Assembly: GCA_951406725.2 (NCBI GenBank)
Contig: OX597819.1
Location: 65,844,001-65,908,000 of the forward strand
Length of the DNA: 64,000 nucleotides
Direction: 5' to 3'
Origin: Octopus vulgaris
Lineage: Eukaryota
Positions within the stretch are counted from its first letter, which is position 1, and each line of letters starts with the position of its first letter. This document shows, piece after piece, positions 51,305 to 64,000 of the stretch. A model generated the notes under the pieces. It saw only the letters and a list, made by a program, of their open reading frames with translations. It was not told the DNA's origin and did not search any database. The translations under genes and the position numbers were made by a program.

Positions 51305-51714
51305 GTAGTGTATGTTTGAAGAAATAAATATCTAGGTAAGAATTGTAAGGCTAACAACATAAATACTTAATTAAACTCGGGAATACAAATATGTGTACAT
51401 GCGTGGGCGTATTAATACGCATATGCGGATATGTGTGTGTATATATGCATGTGTGTATATATCTCTATGAATACATGTGTGAGTGCGTGTCTGTGTGTGT
51501 GTATAAGTATATATATATATATAATGCGTGTGTATATATGTTTATATATGTACATATGTGTATGTGTATTTGTATGTGTATGTGTACATATACATATAAA
51601 TATGTATATATATATATATATATATATATGGAATTTATTAAAGTATCCTCATTGTTATTATTATTGACGATAGCAATAATAATAAAGTGGCCAGCACCTA
51701 AATGGACAAAATAT

Positions 51715-53067
51715 ACAAATAAATTACGATACTGAAATACCAGCTTGCTAGAAACAGTAGTCAAAAAATGTCTCCCTATTATTAAACAAGCACGGTGAAT
51801 GCAACAAATATAATAAAAAATGTTCTTACCTTGTATAAACCACAAAGCAAGAACAGATATCGTGGTATCAATTGATTTCACCGTTTGAGCGTTAGCACTT
51901 AAGGATCATCATCCAAGCTTACAGTATTCATCTAATTTCCAAATATTCATTTCATTGCACCGTACGCAATTGTTCACATGAATTCCCCTGCGACATAAAA
52001 CGAACAGAAACTGAGTAGGCAAAATTCAAATTTGAAAAAGTACGAGGGCGAGTCAAAAAGTAATGCCATTTTATTTAGGACAAGTATAATTACCAACACA
52101 GGAACATATATCATACATTAAAATGAAGCTGGTCCTCTGTGGATACATCTCTACACCTCAACATAGTCAACGATTCTCTCAATAGCAATGTTCCACCTTC
52201 GAATGAGAACATGTATCCCTACTCCGTAAAATTCTGTTGACTGTTCTTTGAGCCACTTCTTCACTAATTTTCACTTCCGCGTCACAGGAATAATGTTTGC
52301 CTCTCAAACTCTCTTTCATGGGGCCGAAGAGATGATAGTCCAGTGACGAGGAAATGAAAACTGTAGTGAAGAAGTGGATGAAAGAACAGTCAACAGAATT
52401 TTACCGAGCAGGGATAAATGCTCTCATTCGAAGGTGGAACATTGCTATTGAGAGAAACCGTGGCTACGTTGAGAAATAGAGATGTGATCCACAGAGGGCC
52501 AGCTTCATTTTGATGTATGATACATGTTCTTGTACTGGTAATTATATCTATCATAAACAAAATGGCATTACGTTTTGACTCAACCTCGTATTATTGCCAT
52601 TATTAAGAATAACAATAATAATAAAGTAGCCAGCAGGTTTAACTTAAATTGGCAAAATATACAAATAAATTAAGGAACTGAAATAATAGCTGACTATTGT
52701 ATTATTAATGTTATTGTTAATAATGGTAATAATACTTTATTAAAATTAAAATTTTATTTTCTCTTCGTTTTTGAATGTCGCAGGGACATTCAAGGGAACA
52801 AACGCGCACGGTGTAAAGAAATGAATATTTTGAAAAATAGACGAATAGGGTAAGCTTGGATATCGATCCTTAAGTGCTAACGCACAAAAGGTGTAATTAA
52901 CTGATACCGAGTTATCTGTTCTTGTTTTCTGGTTAATACAAGGTAAGACCTCTTTTTATTGTATTTGTTACATTCACAGTGCGTGTTTCTTAATAGTGAG
53001 AAATTTATGACTTTGGAGTGTTGACTCCTATTTCTAGCAAGCTCGTGTTTCGGTACCCTAATTTATT

Positions 53068-53070
<3 letters not shown>
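51715..53070. repeat. Old diverged foldback (~350-bp arms) hosting a mariner MITE
   Basis: GCTTGCTAGAAA/TTTCTAGCAAGC, GCGTTAGCACTTAAGGATC/GATCCTTAAGTGCTAACGC and CCTGCGACAT/ATGTCGCAGG are inverted pairs in nested order. Confidence 0.85.
52043..52588. mobile_element. Palindromic mariner-derived MITE
   Basis: TA|CGAGGGCGAGTCAAAAAGTAATGCCATTTT ... AAAATGGCATTACGTTTTGACTCAACCTCG|TA; ~245-bp inverted arms; right arm reads SDEEMKTVVKKWMKEQSTEFYRAGINALIRRWNIAIERNRGYVEK*, a mariner transposase C-terminus. Confidence 0.93.
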
Positions 53071-53149
<79 letters not shown>

Positions 53150-53289
53150 CGTGTTTATACATGTATATATTTTTATTTATGTGTATATATGTGTATCTGT
53201 ATATATATATATATATATACAAAATAAGGAAATGGAGAAATACATCTTAATCAATAAACAACTACCAGATAATACCAACCCCTATCTCA

Positions 53290-53335
<46 letters not shown>

Positions 53336-53939
53336 CTGTGGGGGTATGTATGAGTGTCTGTCTGTGTGTCTGTTTGTGTCTGCGTATGTGTGTGAATCAT
53401 GCGGTTACAGTCTCAGTGACACATTTGAATTATAGGAGTGACCCAAATCTTCCTCGCATTTTTCATCTACAGAGATGCGTGTGCGCAATGCAAGGAGGGG
53501 CGCATGACAATTTTTGTAACGCACACTCGCTGAGTATGTTACTGAATAAGATCTAATCTAAATCATTGTGATTGTGTTTCGAACTCGTAAATCTTCTAAC
53601 CAAACTGAGCTCAAATGCGTGTGTACAATTGCCTGTGTTTGTCACAAAACTGATAAATATACAGCTGTTCCATACACTTCTGTGTCTCCTCAGAGTTAAT
53701 ACTGCAACTTTTATAAAAGAACGGATTCTGTGGCTATTAAAAAAAATTATTAAAATCGATATTATATTTATCTCGTTATTATATCTTTTATTTTGTGCTC
53801 TTATTCTGATATAATATATTGTTTTCTAATAAATTTCATTATAAATTTGAGGAGATGCACAAGTATGTTGAAGCAACTGTGCTTGTTGTCAAGTATTATG
53901 ACACTGAGAAACGATCCATACATACACACATACTTACAA

Positions 53940-54013
<74 letters not shown>

Positions 54014-54119
54014 ACATACACAAACAGAGATACGTTTGACGGGAGACGGATATAAACCGCTCAAAAGAATATCCGATTCGACGTTTCTTCTTTTAGTTAC
54101 AAATACAGACGTAAACTGA

Positions 54120-54480
54120 CAGGCGTGGACATGGCTGTGTGGTTAAGAAACTCTCTTACAAACGCGTGGTTTGGGGTTTAGTCCTATCACGCGACAGATT
54201 GTGCTACTGTCTTTAGCTATAGCACCAGGTCAACCAACTTCTTGTGAATGATTTTGTTAGACAAAAATTGTTAGAAAGCCCGTGGCACGCACGTGTTTGT
54301 ATGTGTGTGTGAGACAGCACCACCACTTGAAAACCGTGTTCATTTGTTTACCTTCCTGTAGCTTACCGGCTGTGTCAAGGAGACTAGTAGAATAATCAAG
54401 AGACTTTAAGATACGTACTGGTGTCGATCTCAGAAGGCGGTGCTGAGGCATGGCCGCTGTCTAATGAATGAAATACGAAA
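54120..54480 (+). mobile_element. SINE family B, diverged
   Basis: GGCGTGGACATGGCTGTGTGGTTAAG head; tail GGCGGTGCTGAGGCATGGCCGC. Confidence 0.8.
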
Positions 54481-54588
54481 TAAGCATGCATTATAAGAGA
54501 GGTGTCATTAATGTGACCTACTAACTTCTTTTACTAATTTTGTTCTTTCTTTAAAAACAGAACGATTGCCTAACTTTTAATTATATAA

Positions 54589-54652
54589 GGTGCAGGAGTG
54601 GCTAAGTACAGGAGTGGCTAGGCGCAAGGGTAACTAGGCGCAAGAGTGGTTT
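54589..54652 (+). repeat. Four 16-bp tandem units resembling the SINE B 5' end
   Basis: GGTGCAGGAGTGGCTA AGTACAGGAGTGGCTA GGCGCAAGGGTAACTA GGCGCAAGAGTGGTTT. Confidence 0.75.
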
Positions 54653-54748
54653 ATATGGCTTATTGCTCTTCCTGTTCAGTTATAGCTAGTTTTCTTGCTT
54701 CAATAGTTTGCTAAGTGTTTATGAGAGATTCTCATAATATCCTAATCT

Positions 54749-55118
54749 CAGGCGTGGCTGTATCGTAAGAAGCTTCCTTCCCAACCACAAGGTTCCGGGT
54801 TCAGTCCCACTGCGTGGCACCTTGAACACGTATTTTCTACTATAGCCTCGGGCCCACCAAAGCCTTGTGAATGGATATGGTAGGCGGAAACTAAAAAAAG
54901 CCCGTCGTATATATATATGTATGTGTGTGTGTATCCCCACCAACATCGCATTACAAACGATGCTGGTGTGTTTACGTCCCCGTAATTAAGCGGGTCGGCA
55001 AAAGAGATCGATAGAATAAGTACTAGGCTTACAAAGAATAAGTCCTGGAGTCGATTTGATCGACTATAGGGAGTGCTCCAGCAAGGCCGCAGTCACATGA
55101 CTGAAACCAGTAAAAGAG
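54749..55118 (+). mobile_element. SINE family B, full-length
   Basis: GGTTCCGGGTTCAGTCCCACTGCGTGGCACCTTG, tail GTGCTCCAGCAAGGCCGCAGTCACATGACTGAAAC. Confidence 0.92.
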
Positions 55119-55804
55119 TAATACAAGACATTTTGAAACGCTTGCCTTTTGTAAGAAGAAAAGAAACATATTCTTTTATTGTCTTTGTATTGTTTGGGCT
55201 TTTTTAGTTTTTTTTTCTTTTTTTTCTTGTTTTAGTTTTTCTTTTCCTAAATTATATTTTTGATATTCCAACAAAAATGTCACTCCGTCTTAAATTGTCT
55301 CTTATGAAAGATATTTAAATCTTTTTCTAATACCAGATTTTCTTTCTCTTCCTCCTTTTCTGAAAGAACACGAAGATTTATATCCGCCATTAACGAATAA
55401 AAAATTATGTATAAAAAAAATTAAAAAAACAGCTAAAACGGAAAGATAAAAGATAAAACAAAATAGAGAAGAGAAAAAAAATAAGGGAAGAATGAAAACA
55501 GTATATATTTCGTATAACATAGTCACTCAGAATGGTTAAATCGATTGCAAAATATCTTCCACGCAAATCTGTAAGAGCTGAAGATGCCAGAGGCAGCCAA
55601 AGTAAGATCGGGAAACACTTGGTCACATGATTAATCTCATGACACGTAACAATAATTTTCGTGCAACCACTAGGCAGTATTTTAAGTTAAAACACGTTAA
55701 TTTTTTTTTTACCTTTTGTGGGAGGTGGGGGTTCTTCTTTCTTTTTCCAAGAAAGGATATTTTCAATGATGTTAGTGAGCTGAAGGGCAATTTAAATTGT
55801 CTAA

Positions 55805-55896
<92 letters not shown>

Positions 55897-56056
55897 ATGT
55901 ATGTATATGTGTATGTGTGTATGTATGTATATGTGTATGTGTGTATGTATGTATATGTATATGTGTGTGTATATGTATATGTGTGTATATATGTATATGT
56001 GTGTATGTATGTATATGTATATGTGTGTACGTATGTATATGTATATGTGCGTGTAC

Positions 56057-56089
<33 letters not shown>

Positions 56090-56409
56090 AATGAAATACT
56101 AAAAATGCGTGAAAGTACAGTAAAAAAGGATTTCGTTATTCCCACGAATATATACATACATACATACATACAACCCCTATTTATATATATATATATTCTT
56201 TTGCACATTTGTAGCATTTCATTCTTTCTATACATATTGTATAGAGTTAATATGTTTTATGGCAATATATGTGTATGTGTGTGTGTATGTGTGTCTGTGC
56301 GTCTGTACATATATATAAGCGTACATACATGCAAACACTCCTACACACACAGATAGATAGTTATGGACATAATTTTACATAACACACGCGCACACACACA
56401 CACACACAC

Positions 56410-56552
56410 ATTCTCTACATATTATTTTCTCTTTCTGTTGTTTCCCTTTTAACATTTTCTGTCGAAGTGCGTAAGCTTGAAACGTAAAAGACATTCCCAA
56501 TCTTCCTGAGCGTTAAACTAATACATTTGCTTGTTGCTTCTACACTTGTCTA
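56410..56552 (+). mobile_element. Family P hammerhead-bearing element
   Basis: TTTT-CTGTCGA-AGTGCGTAAGCTT-GAAACGTA-AAAG at 56455-56490, then TTCCTGAGCGTTAAACTAATACAT. Confidence 0.7.
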
Positions 56553-56565
56553 TATAAATAAAACG

Positions 56566-57070
56566 TAGATAAAACTTAGATATGTTTCGACCAAAGATTG
56601 GTCCAGGCCATGTCTAACTTAATAGCACCACATGATAGGATTATCTACATCCTTTTAAAGTCAAGTTTTGTGCTGTTATGGTCCGTTCAAGTAGTGAGTT
56701 CTTGTTGAGTGAGCTGTATCCAGATATGGGTGTCTTATCTGGTATTCCTTGAAGAAATTTGTTCAGACTCCGTTTAAAGGTGATTAGATTCTTTTCCTCT
56801 TTGATCAGTTTTGGGACAATGTTAAACAGGGCAGGGCCTGTTGAAGACAAGACATTGCGTCGCAGTGTACCTATAGGTGGTGATCCTAAATTGGGCAGGG
56901 GACGTATGGCCCATGGTACCAGCCTTGAATTAACCTTCAAACTAATATTCAGGTCGTTTGAGCAATGCTGGCGGTATATTCTCCACATTGTGCAAATGTA
57001 GTAGAGCTCACGGCGGCGCTGGTGGGAGTAGAGTTTCTAGGCTTTAAGGCGGTACCAGTAATCAAGATCA
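56566..57070 (-). mobile_element. CR1/L2-like LINE 3' fragment, same family as 48103-49190
   Basis: ORF 56641-56988 (MWRIYRQHCSNDLNISLKV..SSTGPALFNIVPK..LNKFLQGIP) is homologous to ORF 48707-49045; shared 3' end. Confidence 0.93.
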
Positions 57071-57407
57071 TCTACATATTTGTACGTGTGTGTGTGTGTA
57101 ATTTCCTATTAATCGCATGAGGTTGACAAAACTGGGTCTATGTAAAGCTTCGTCAGAAAACTTAAGAAACAGAGGTGATAAGATTTCGAAATTAAATCTA
57201 CGCTAAATTCCCTAAAGAGACAGAGCCAGTTTAATGACAGATATTTAGGGTCTAACCTAAAAGACGAACAAGATTTATTATTTTGCAGTATGTTATGCAC
57301 AAGATTTTATTTGGATTTATCATAATAGTTTAGAGATTCTGTGCGTTCTGATCCATTTCTTTGAAGGGCTAAAGCATACAAATCGATACGCAGTACACCC
57401 GGCGTTT

Positions 57408-57459
57408 TGGGATAGTAATCGCAACCCCGCCATTTTGCGGGGTTGAGATTGCTATCCCA
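57408..57459. other. 23-bp hairpin
   Basis: TGGGATAGTAATCGCAACCCCGC-CATTTT-GCGGGGTTGAGATTGCTATCCCA (one mismatch, one G-U). Confidence 0.8.
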
Positions 57460-57889
57460 TTATATATACAATGGGTTTCAGTAAAAGTTTTGTCTATCAA
57501 ATTCGCTCACAAGGCATTGATCGACAATTTTTCTAGTTATTTAATGAGACCGACGTCGAAAACGCGTGGCTGCAAAACAAGCTTCTCAACCACAGAGCAA
57601 AGTTTGCTCACCTTAGATCTTGCATGTAGTCCACTCTCACGCATTGCATCTAGGCGTCTGGTCATGTGCTTGTGTTCACGGGTGCGTGTGAATGAGAGTG
57701 CGTTTGTGCGTGCATGTGCGCGCGTTCACGTGTGTGCGCGCGTGAGCGTTTGGATGTTTGGAAACAATCTGCCAAATGTTTCGCTTCTAATACATTTTCG
57801 TTTGAATAACTCTTGGAAATATTCAAACATGATTCACAAAAAATTTTATAGAATTAAATTTATTGACAGCATCTTGGATTTATATAAAC

Positions 57890-57960
<71 letters not shown>

Positions 57961-59047
57961 TGTTTCTTTATTAGCCACACAGGGCTGCACACAGATAGAA
58001 CAAATTACAAGGTAGAGCTTTTCTTTTGAAGGTTTAAAAAAAAAAAAAAAAAAAAGGAATGGGGAGTTTCGATCAAAAGGGATCGTAAAAGGAGAGAAAG
58101 AGGACAAAAAATAGGGGGGTTAAAAAAAAGGGGGAGAGGAAAAAAAATTGATCAATAGGGATCGTTATCACAGAAATGTCAAAATGAAGTGTAAGGGGGA
58201 GGACAGGTGAGGTTTACCCGTGGAAAGAAAAGCCTACGGAAAAGACCACGGTAACCTCGGTCAATGAAGTCACATTTTATATTTCTTTTTTTTTTTTTTT
58301 TTTGCAAATAAGCAACTCTCTGTTTTCGATTTCTGGGTTCATAGGACTATGCTCAAGGTGGCTTCGTCATTCATACGTGCCATTCTTGCTACATTCGCCC
58401 ATCTTTTTTTAAAACATTCGCTAGACAAAACTTGCCTCTCTACTCTCACTTTCCTTTTCAAGTGGTACTTGAAGAAGTTGATGAGAGATTGACCAGAGAG
58501 GAAAGTGTTTGTCTCCAATCCTTTCAGACGCGTCCACCAGATACATTCTTTGGCCATAGCCACAAGGATGATGAAAATAGCTCTTCCTTCCCGTTTGAAG
58601 GAAGGAGGCGTGACAATATTGACGATAGACTCAGCTGATAAACCGACTCGTCCCACACGTGACAGCAGTTGTTCGACATAAGCCCACAGGTCGGAAATTG
58701 TTGGACACTGAACGAGTGCGTGCAGAACGGTTTCGTCGCTCTGACCGCATCTCGGGCAGGTCGGCCCCGTGTTTCTCGAGCCGTGTCTGTAGAGCTTATC
58801 CCGAACGGGTAGCGCTTCTCGGTAGCACTGCCAGGCCAGGGATCTCTGGAAGTTGTCCATGGGCCCTGGCCCGAAAGTCGTCCTGAACAGGCGGGTCAGG
58901 TACTCCTCGTCGACGTCCAGGTTCGCCCCGAGCTCGTCGTCGTACCTCCCCTCCACTAAACCCCTATAGAATGCTTTGGTTGTGTTGAAGTCACTTAAGG
59001 TCGACCCAGGACGGCAGAGTTGCTTGAGAGCAACGCGACACTCGCGG

Positions 59048-59048
<1 letters not shown>
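57961..59048 (-). mobile_element. Tx1/L1-clade LINE, 5'-truncated, open ORF2 C-terminus with zf-RVT zinc finger, inserted in (GATA)n
   Basis: 58339-59048 reads LAWQCYREALPVRDKL..CPRCGQSDETVLHALVQCP..LW..AKECIWWTR without stops; 3' UTR ends AATAAAGAAAC; (GATA)n on both sides. Confidence 0.92.
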
Positions 59049-59131
<83 letters not shown>

Positions 59132-59406
59132 GAGATAGAAACATACATACATGCATACATAATGCATACATACATATGCATATAGATATGTATATGTATA
59201 TATATATATATGCATGTATATGTATAGATATAGGTAAACTTATACACATGCACATATATATAGGTATCTGAATATTTGTTTAATTGTACATACATAGATA
59301 AATACAAAGGAATAAAGATATACGCACATGCACACGAAGGCACACATGTATACATTTTTATATGTTATTATGTGTAGAGGCACACACACACACACTCACA
59401 CACATA

Positions 59407-59456
<50 letters not shown>

Positions 59457-59504
59457 TTCATATACTTATATATATATATATATTTACACACACACAGTCA
59501 TATA

Positions 59505-59548
<44 letters not shown>

Positions 59549-60417
59549 TTCACATACATGCACACAGTCGTAACCCCCATCAGGCCAACGACAGATTTAT
59601 TTCACGTCCGATATCTCCATCCCACCCTCCCAACTTCCCACCCCTTCCCATCTTCCCCTACCCCGCTCCTCTTCGTCATAACTTCACACGTTACACGTTC
59701 AGAACCAAACCAGAGATCAAAAACCGACATTATTGATCCTTGTTATTCCTAATAGGATGAGCTTAGCTTTCATATCGCTCGTATGCGTTTCAGATTTTAC
59801 TTTGTTTTTTTTTCGTTTTCCTCTTTTAAGTGGTTTAGTCCATTAATTCTACAGGGGTGTGTCGAAGATAGTTTGGACTGATTGCAAATGAATTGCGAAG
59901 GATCATAGGAGTGGCTTATATAATTCTCTGTTACATCGTCTAGCGTTTGAGTTTTGTTTTTCATTGTTTTTTGATAATGTGTTCCCCACCTCCAGCCCGG
60001 TTTTTGTTAGTCTTTCCTTCTGTACTTTCATAATTAGTTGGCTTGTACTAATTAATAGACAATAATTAAATTTAATGTGCATTTTTCAGTGATTATTCCA
60101 GCAAATATATTTCTTTTATCTCTTTTTTTTTCTATTACGTCTGTTTCGTTCATTTCTTTAATTTTATTTTCTTCCCCATATCCATCTCCGATCAAAGTAG
60201 CCGAGAGCTTACATTAAGACTCATAGACGCTCATACCCATGCTTGCGCTAGCACACACACACACACACGCACACACGCACGATACACACACACGAACGCA
60301 CTCACACACACACACACACACTGATTGCATCTAGGAAGTCGAAACATTAGTTTAGCTGAATAACTACGTATCGTTACACACAGATTCACTTACACAAACA
60401 CATATTACGTATAAACG

Positions 60418-60473
<56 letters not shown>

Positions 60474-60533
60474 CTTATGTATATATATATATATATACAT
60501 ACATGTAATGATGTATAGTATGTATGTATGTAC

Positions 60534-60635
<102 letters not shown>

Positions 60636-60794
60636 GTATATACACATATATTCATATATATACGCATATATGTGTCTTAATATATGTATACATATATATA
60701 TATATATATATATGAATATATGCATATATATATAGAGATATATATGTATGTACATATATATATCTATATATGTGTGTGTGTGTGCGTATGTATT

Positions 60795-60839
<45 letters not shown>

Positions 60840-61443
60840 TTGACTAGATATGAGACAAATAATAGATACACATAAGCACACGCGCAAACATGAGTAAGTG
60901 TATGCGTGTGCAAGTGATGTCTGCGTGTGTGTATTTGTGCGTGCATATGTGTGTGTGTGTGTGTGTGTGTGCAGGTAGGTAAGTAGGTATTAATATATGT
61001 ATACATACATTCGTGAATAACAAAGTAGCGGCGGAAATAATTTAAGCTCAGCAATTTTCTCTGATCTGGTGGCCTATGTGCCATTCACGGACATTAATAT
61101 CGACCGATTTACGATAAAGACGGAAAAGATTTTTGTGAACTGAGAACATTTGTTGACTTAAAAGGTTTTAATCAATACTTGGTGCCTAGTGTAGAAAAGA
61201 ACTAACGAGTTCGAAATGCTTCCGCCAGTCCACTAAATAGCACTCTGAACAACCTATGAGGTCTCAACACATTTTTGTCTTACGTGAGGAACGTTTCTCC
61301 ACCACGAGCCCCGGGAGAAAGCTTTATAGGTTCAAATATCACTGAGACACCTGAACCTGAATTGGTCTGAAGTGTTTTTTATATATACATATGACTGACA
61401 GAAAGACAGACAGACAGGGAGAAATATAGGTAGATAGATTACC

Positions 61444-61490
<47 letters not shown>

Positions 61491-61518
61491 CAGACAGACA
61501 GACAGATGGATAAATAAC

Positions 61519-61753
61519 TTTCTTCATTGGCCACACAGGGCTTAATACAGAGGGGACAAATACAAATGTAGAGCTTTTCTTTTCGAAGATGGAAAAAGAA
61601 AAAGGAACAAAAAAAGAAACTAATGTAAAATTCCGATCAAAAGGGATCGTGTATCACACAAACAAAGATTAGGTTCATCCGTGGAAGAAAAGCCTACAGA
61701 AAAGACCACGGTAACCTCAGTCAGGGAGGAAATAAACACGAGAGCAAAGTGCT

Positions 61754-61830
<77 letters not shown>

Positions 61831-62236
61831 ACGATTTACAAGATCGTGCTCAAAGTGGTTTCGTCACTCGCACGCACCAGCTTTGCTACATTCACCCACC
61901 TTTTTTTGGAACTTTCGCGAGACAAAGCCTGCCTTTCCATTCTCACCTTCCTTTTACAGTGGTACTTGAAAAAGTTGATGAGCGATTGGCCAGAGAGGTA
62001 AGTGTTTCTCTCTTATCCTTTCGCTCGGGTCCACCACACACGTCTTTCACCATGGCCACCAGTACGATGAATACTGCCTTGCCTTCCCGGTTGAGGGAAG
62101 GGGGCGGAGCAATTTTCCGGATAGACTCGGCCGACAGGCGAACTCGTCCTGCACGTGACAGCAGCCGTTCGGCATAAGCCCACAGGTCTGTAATGGTTGG
62201 ACACTGCACGAATGCGTGCAGAACGGTTTCGTCGCT
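61519..62236 (-). mobile_element. Second Tx1/L1-clade LINE fragment of the same family
   Basis: SDETVLHAFVQCPTITDLWAYAERLLSRAGRVRLSAESI; shared UTR blocks GAAAAGACCACGGTAACCTC and GCCACACAGGGCT; (CT)n at 61753-61826. Confidence 0.92.
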
Positions 62237-62452
62237 AGATAGATATAATATCCTTACGTATTTCACATCCATTTTATTCCTCCACTTCATTCTGTATTTT
62301 ATATCTTTTCCATAATAACTATTAAACATTTTCTTGCACCGTCTCTAACGAAGATATATATAAAATATCCCAGAAACAGCTGTAAGACCTCTTTATAAAT
62401 GTTCTAGAAACTATTCCCAGCCTTGGACTTTTTATCTCATTCTGTTCGTTCT

Positions 62453-62487
<35 letters not shown>

Positions 62488-62520
62488 TTGTGTGTGTATG
62501 TGTGTGTGTTTGTGTGTGAA

Positions 62521-62829
62521 GGCGCATGGCTCAATGGTTAGAGCGTCGAGCTGACGATCGTGAGTTTGCGAATTCGAATCCCGGACCGCGCTGCATGTTG
62601 TGTTCTTAAGCAAGACACATTATTTCACGTTGCTCCAGTTCACTTAGCTGTAGAAATGAGCTATATCAGTCTTTGCCTTTCCCTTGGATAACATAGGTGG
62701 TGTGGAAACGGGAGGCCGGTATGCATGGGCGACTGCTGGTCTTCCATAAAACAACCTTGCCAGGACTTGTGCCTGGGAGGGTTACTTTCTAGGTGCAATT
62801 CCATGGTCAGTCATACCGAAGGCGGTCTC
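62521..62829 (+). mobile_element. SINE family D
   Basis: GGCGCATGGCTCAATGGTTAGAGCG A-box, ATTCGAATCCC B-box-like, GTGTTCTTAAGCAAGACAC CORE-like block. Confidence 0.92.
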
Positions 62830-62842
62830 AGTGTATGTGTAT

Positions 62843-62972
62843 TCGGTTATAAGAGACCGATAGAATAAGTACTAGGCTTACAAAGAATAAGTCCTGGGAT
62901 GGATTTGCTCGACTAAAGGCAGTGCTCCAGCATGGCCACAGTCAAATGACTGAAAGAAGTAAAAAAAAAAGT
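62843..62972 (+). mobile_element. SINE family B 3' tail
   Basis: AGAGACCGATAGAATAAGTACTAGGCTTACAAAGAATAAGTCC...CAGCATGGCCACAGTCAAATGACTGAAA. Confidence 0.88.
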
Positions 62973-62976
62973 AAAG

Positions 62977-63034
<58 letters not shown>

Positions 63035-63035
63035 C

Positions 63036-63082
<47 letters not shown>

Positions 63083-63654
63083 TACAGAGAAGTATATGGA
63101 CTCTTATCTTCGTGTATGATAATTGTTTACCATTTTCATATTCAAATGTGTCAGATGGTTGCAAATATATGAAGAATGAATGAACCAATATTTTATGTAT
63201 ATGTTTATGTGAGACTATATATACGTGTGTATGTGTATGTGTAGGCGTGCGTGCGTGTTTTTGAGAGCGTTCTGTTCTACATTCTGAGGTCGATAGTTGT
63301 TAAGACAAGCAGAATATTCTAGAAGGTGTCAATGGTACTGCCTGCCAATGGATTTAATGCATCAGTGCGCATGACTAACTTCCAACGTTGATGTGTTTGG
63401 TCGTCATCATAGCCCTTCTATAGTCAGTGATTGGTTTGTTCAGGTTAAGTCTATGTATGCATATATCCACTCACACATACGCATACACACAATCTCATAC
63501 GCACACACATATGCTCACAGACATGACATAGATATAAATATATAAATATATCTTCAAGATTTCCCGTTATGCGACTGGCAGCTGACACGTGTGCATTTCA
63601 CTGTGTTACCTTATGCACAGACATAGGAATATACTTTGTATATATATATATACA

Positions 63655-63679
<25 letters not shown>

Positions 63680-63700
<21 letters not shown>

Positions 63701-63725
63701 CATACATACATATATGTCATGCATG

Positions 63726-63761
<36 letters not shown>

Positions 63762-63786
63762 CATACATACATATATGTCATGCATG

Positions 63787-63820
<34 letters not shown>

Positions 63821-63953
63821 CATACATACATATATGTCATGCATGTGTATATATATATATATATATATTTATATATACATACATGCATATATGTCATGCA
63901 TGTATATATATATATATATTTATATATACATACATGCATATATGTCATGCATG

Positions 63954-63955
<2 letters not shown>
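63680..63955. repeat. ~50-60-bp compound minisatellite built on (TA)n
   Basis: Unit (TA)n-TTTATATATACATACAT(A/G)CATATATGTCATGCATG repeated five times. Confidence 0.9.
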
Positions 63956-63993
<38 letters not shown>

Positions 63994-64000
63994 CATACAT

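Noticed and set aside
54589-54652. CRISPR-like array
   Set aside because: Contiguous 16-bp units with no spacers, eukaryotic context and no cas genes
58339-59355. 338-aa ORF as a host gene
   Set aside because: The N-terminal ~100 aa are microsatellite and the remainder is a truncated LINE ORF2
62521-62590. tRNA genes at SINE heads (also 9991, 24251, 28600)
   Set aside because: A/B boxes are present but there is no complete cloverleaf or acceptor stem, and each continues into a repeat body

Overview
AT-rich, microsatellite-saturated eukaryotic non-coding DNA, most likely from an octopus/coleoid cephalopod (inferred from the tRNA-derived SINE families and the (TA)n/(CA)n/(GATA)n/(AAT)n landscape). 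I find no host protein-coding exon; almost all ORFs in the track are microsatellite translations. The window holds dozens of copies of at least four tRNA-headed SINE families, a ~550-bp (AAT)n-associated repeat, 5'-truncated LINE remnants of four clades (CR1/L2-like, RTE, R4/Dong-like RLE, Tx1/L1-like), two TA-flanked Tc1/mariner-superfamily non-autonomous elements and several foldbacks. Main observations: (1) about a dozen type I hammerhead-ribozyme motifs of the Penelope-like/retrozyme kind, four with canonical cores and complete stems (18732-18803, 43481-43566, 44559-44649, 45900-45962), often beside inverted duplications and (TA)n tracts; (2) a tRNA-headed SINE family that carries a minimal hammerhead at its 3' end; (3) SINE/LINE pairs with shared 3' tails; (4) LINE remnants sitting in specific microsatellites; (5) a near-consensus recursive-splice (AG|GTAAGT) motif at 23267-23275. 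All calls were made by eye, with no database search or folding run, and repeat boundaries are approximate.
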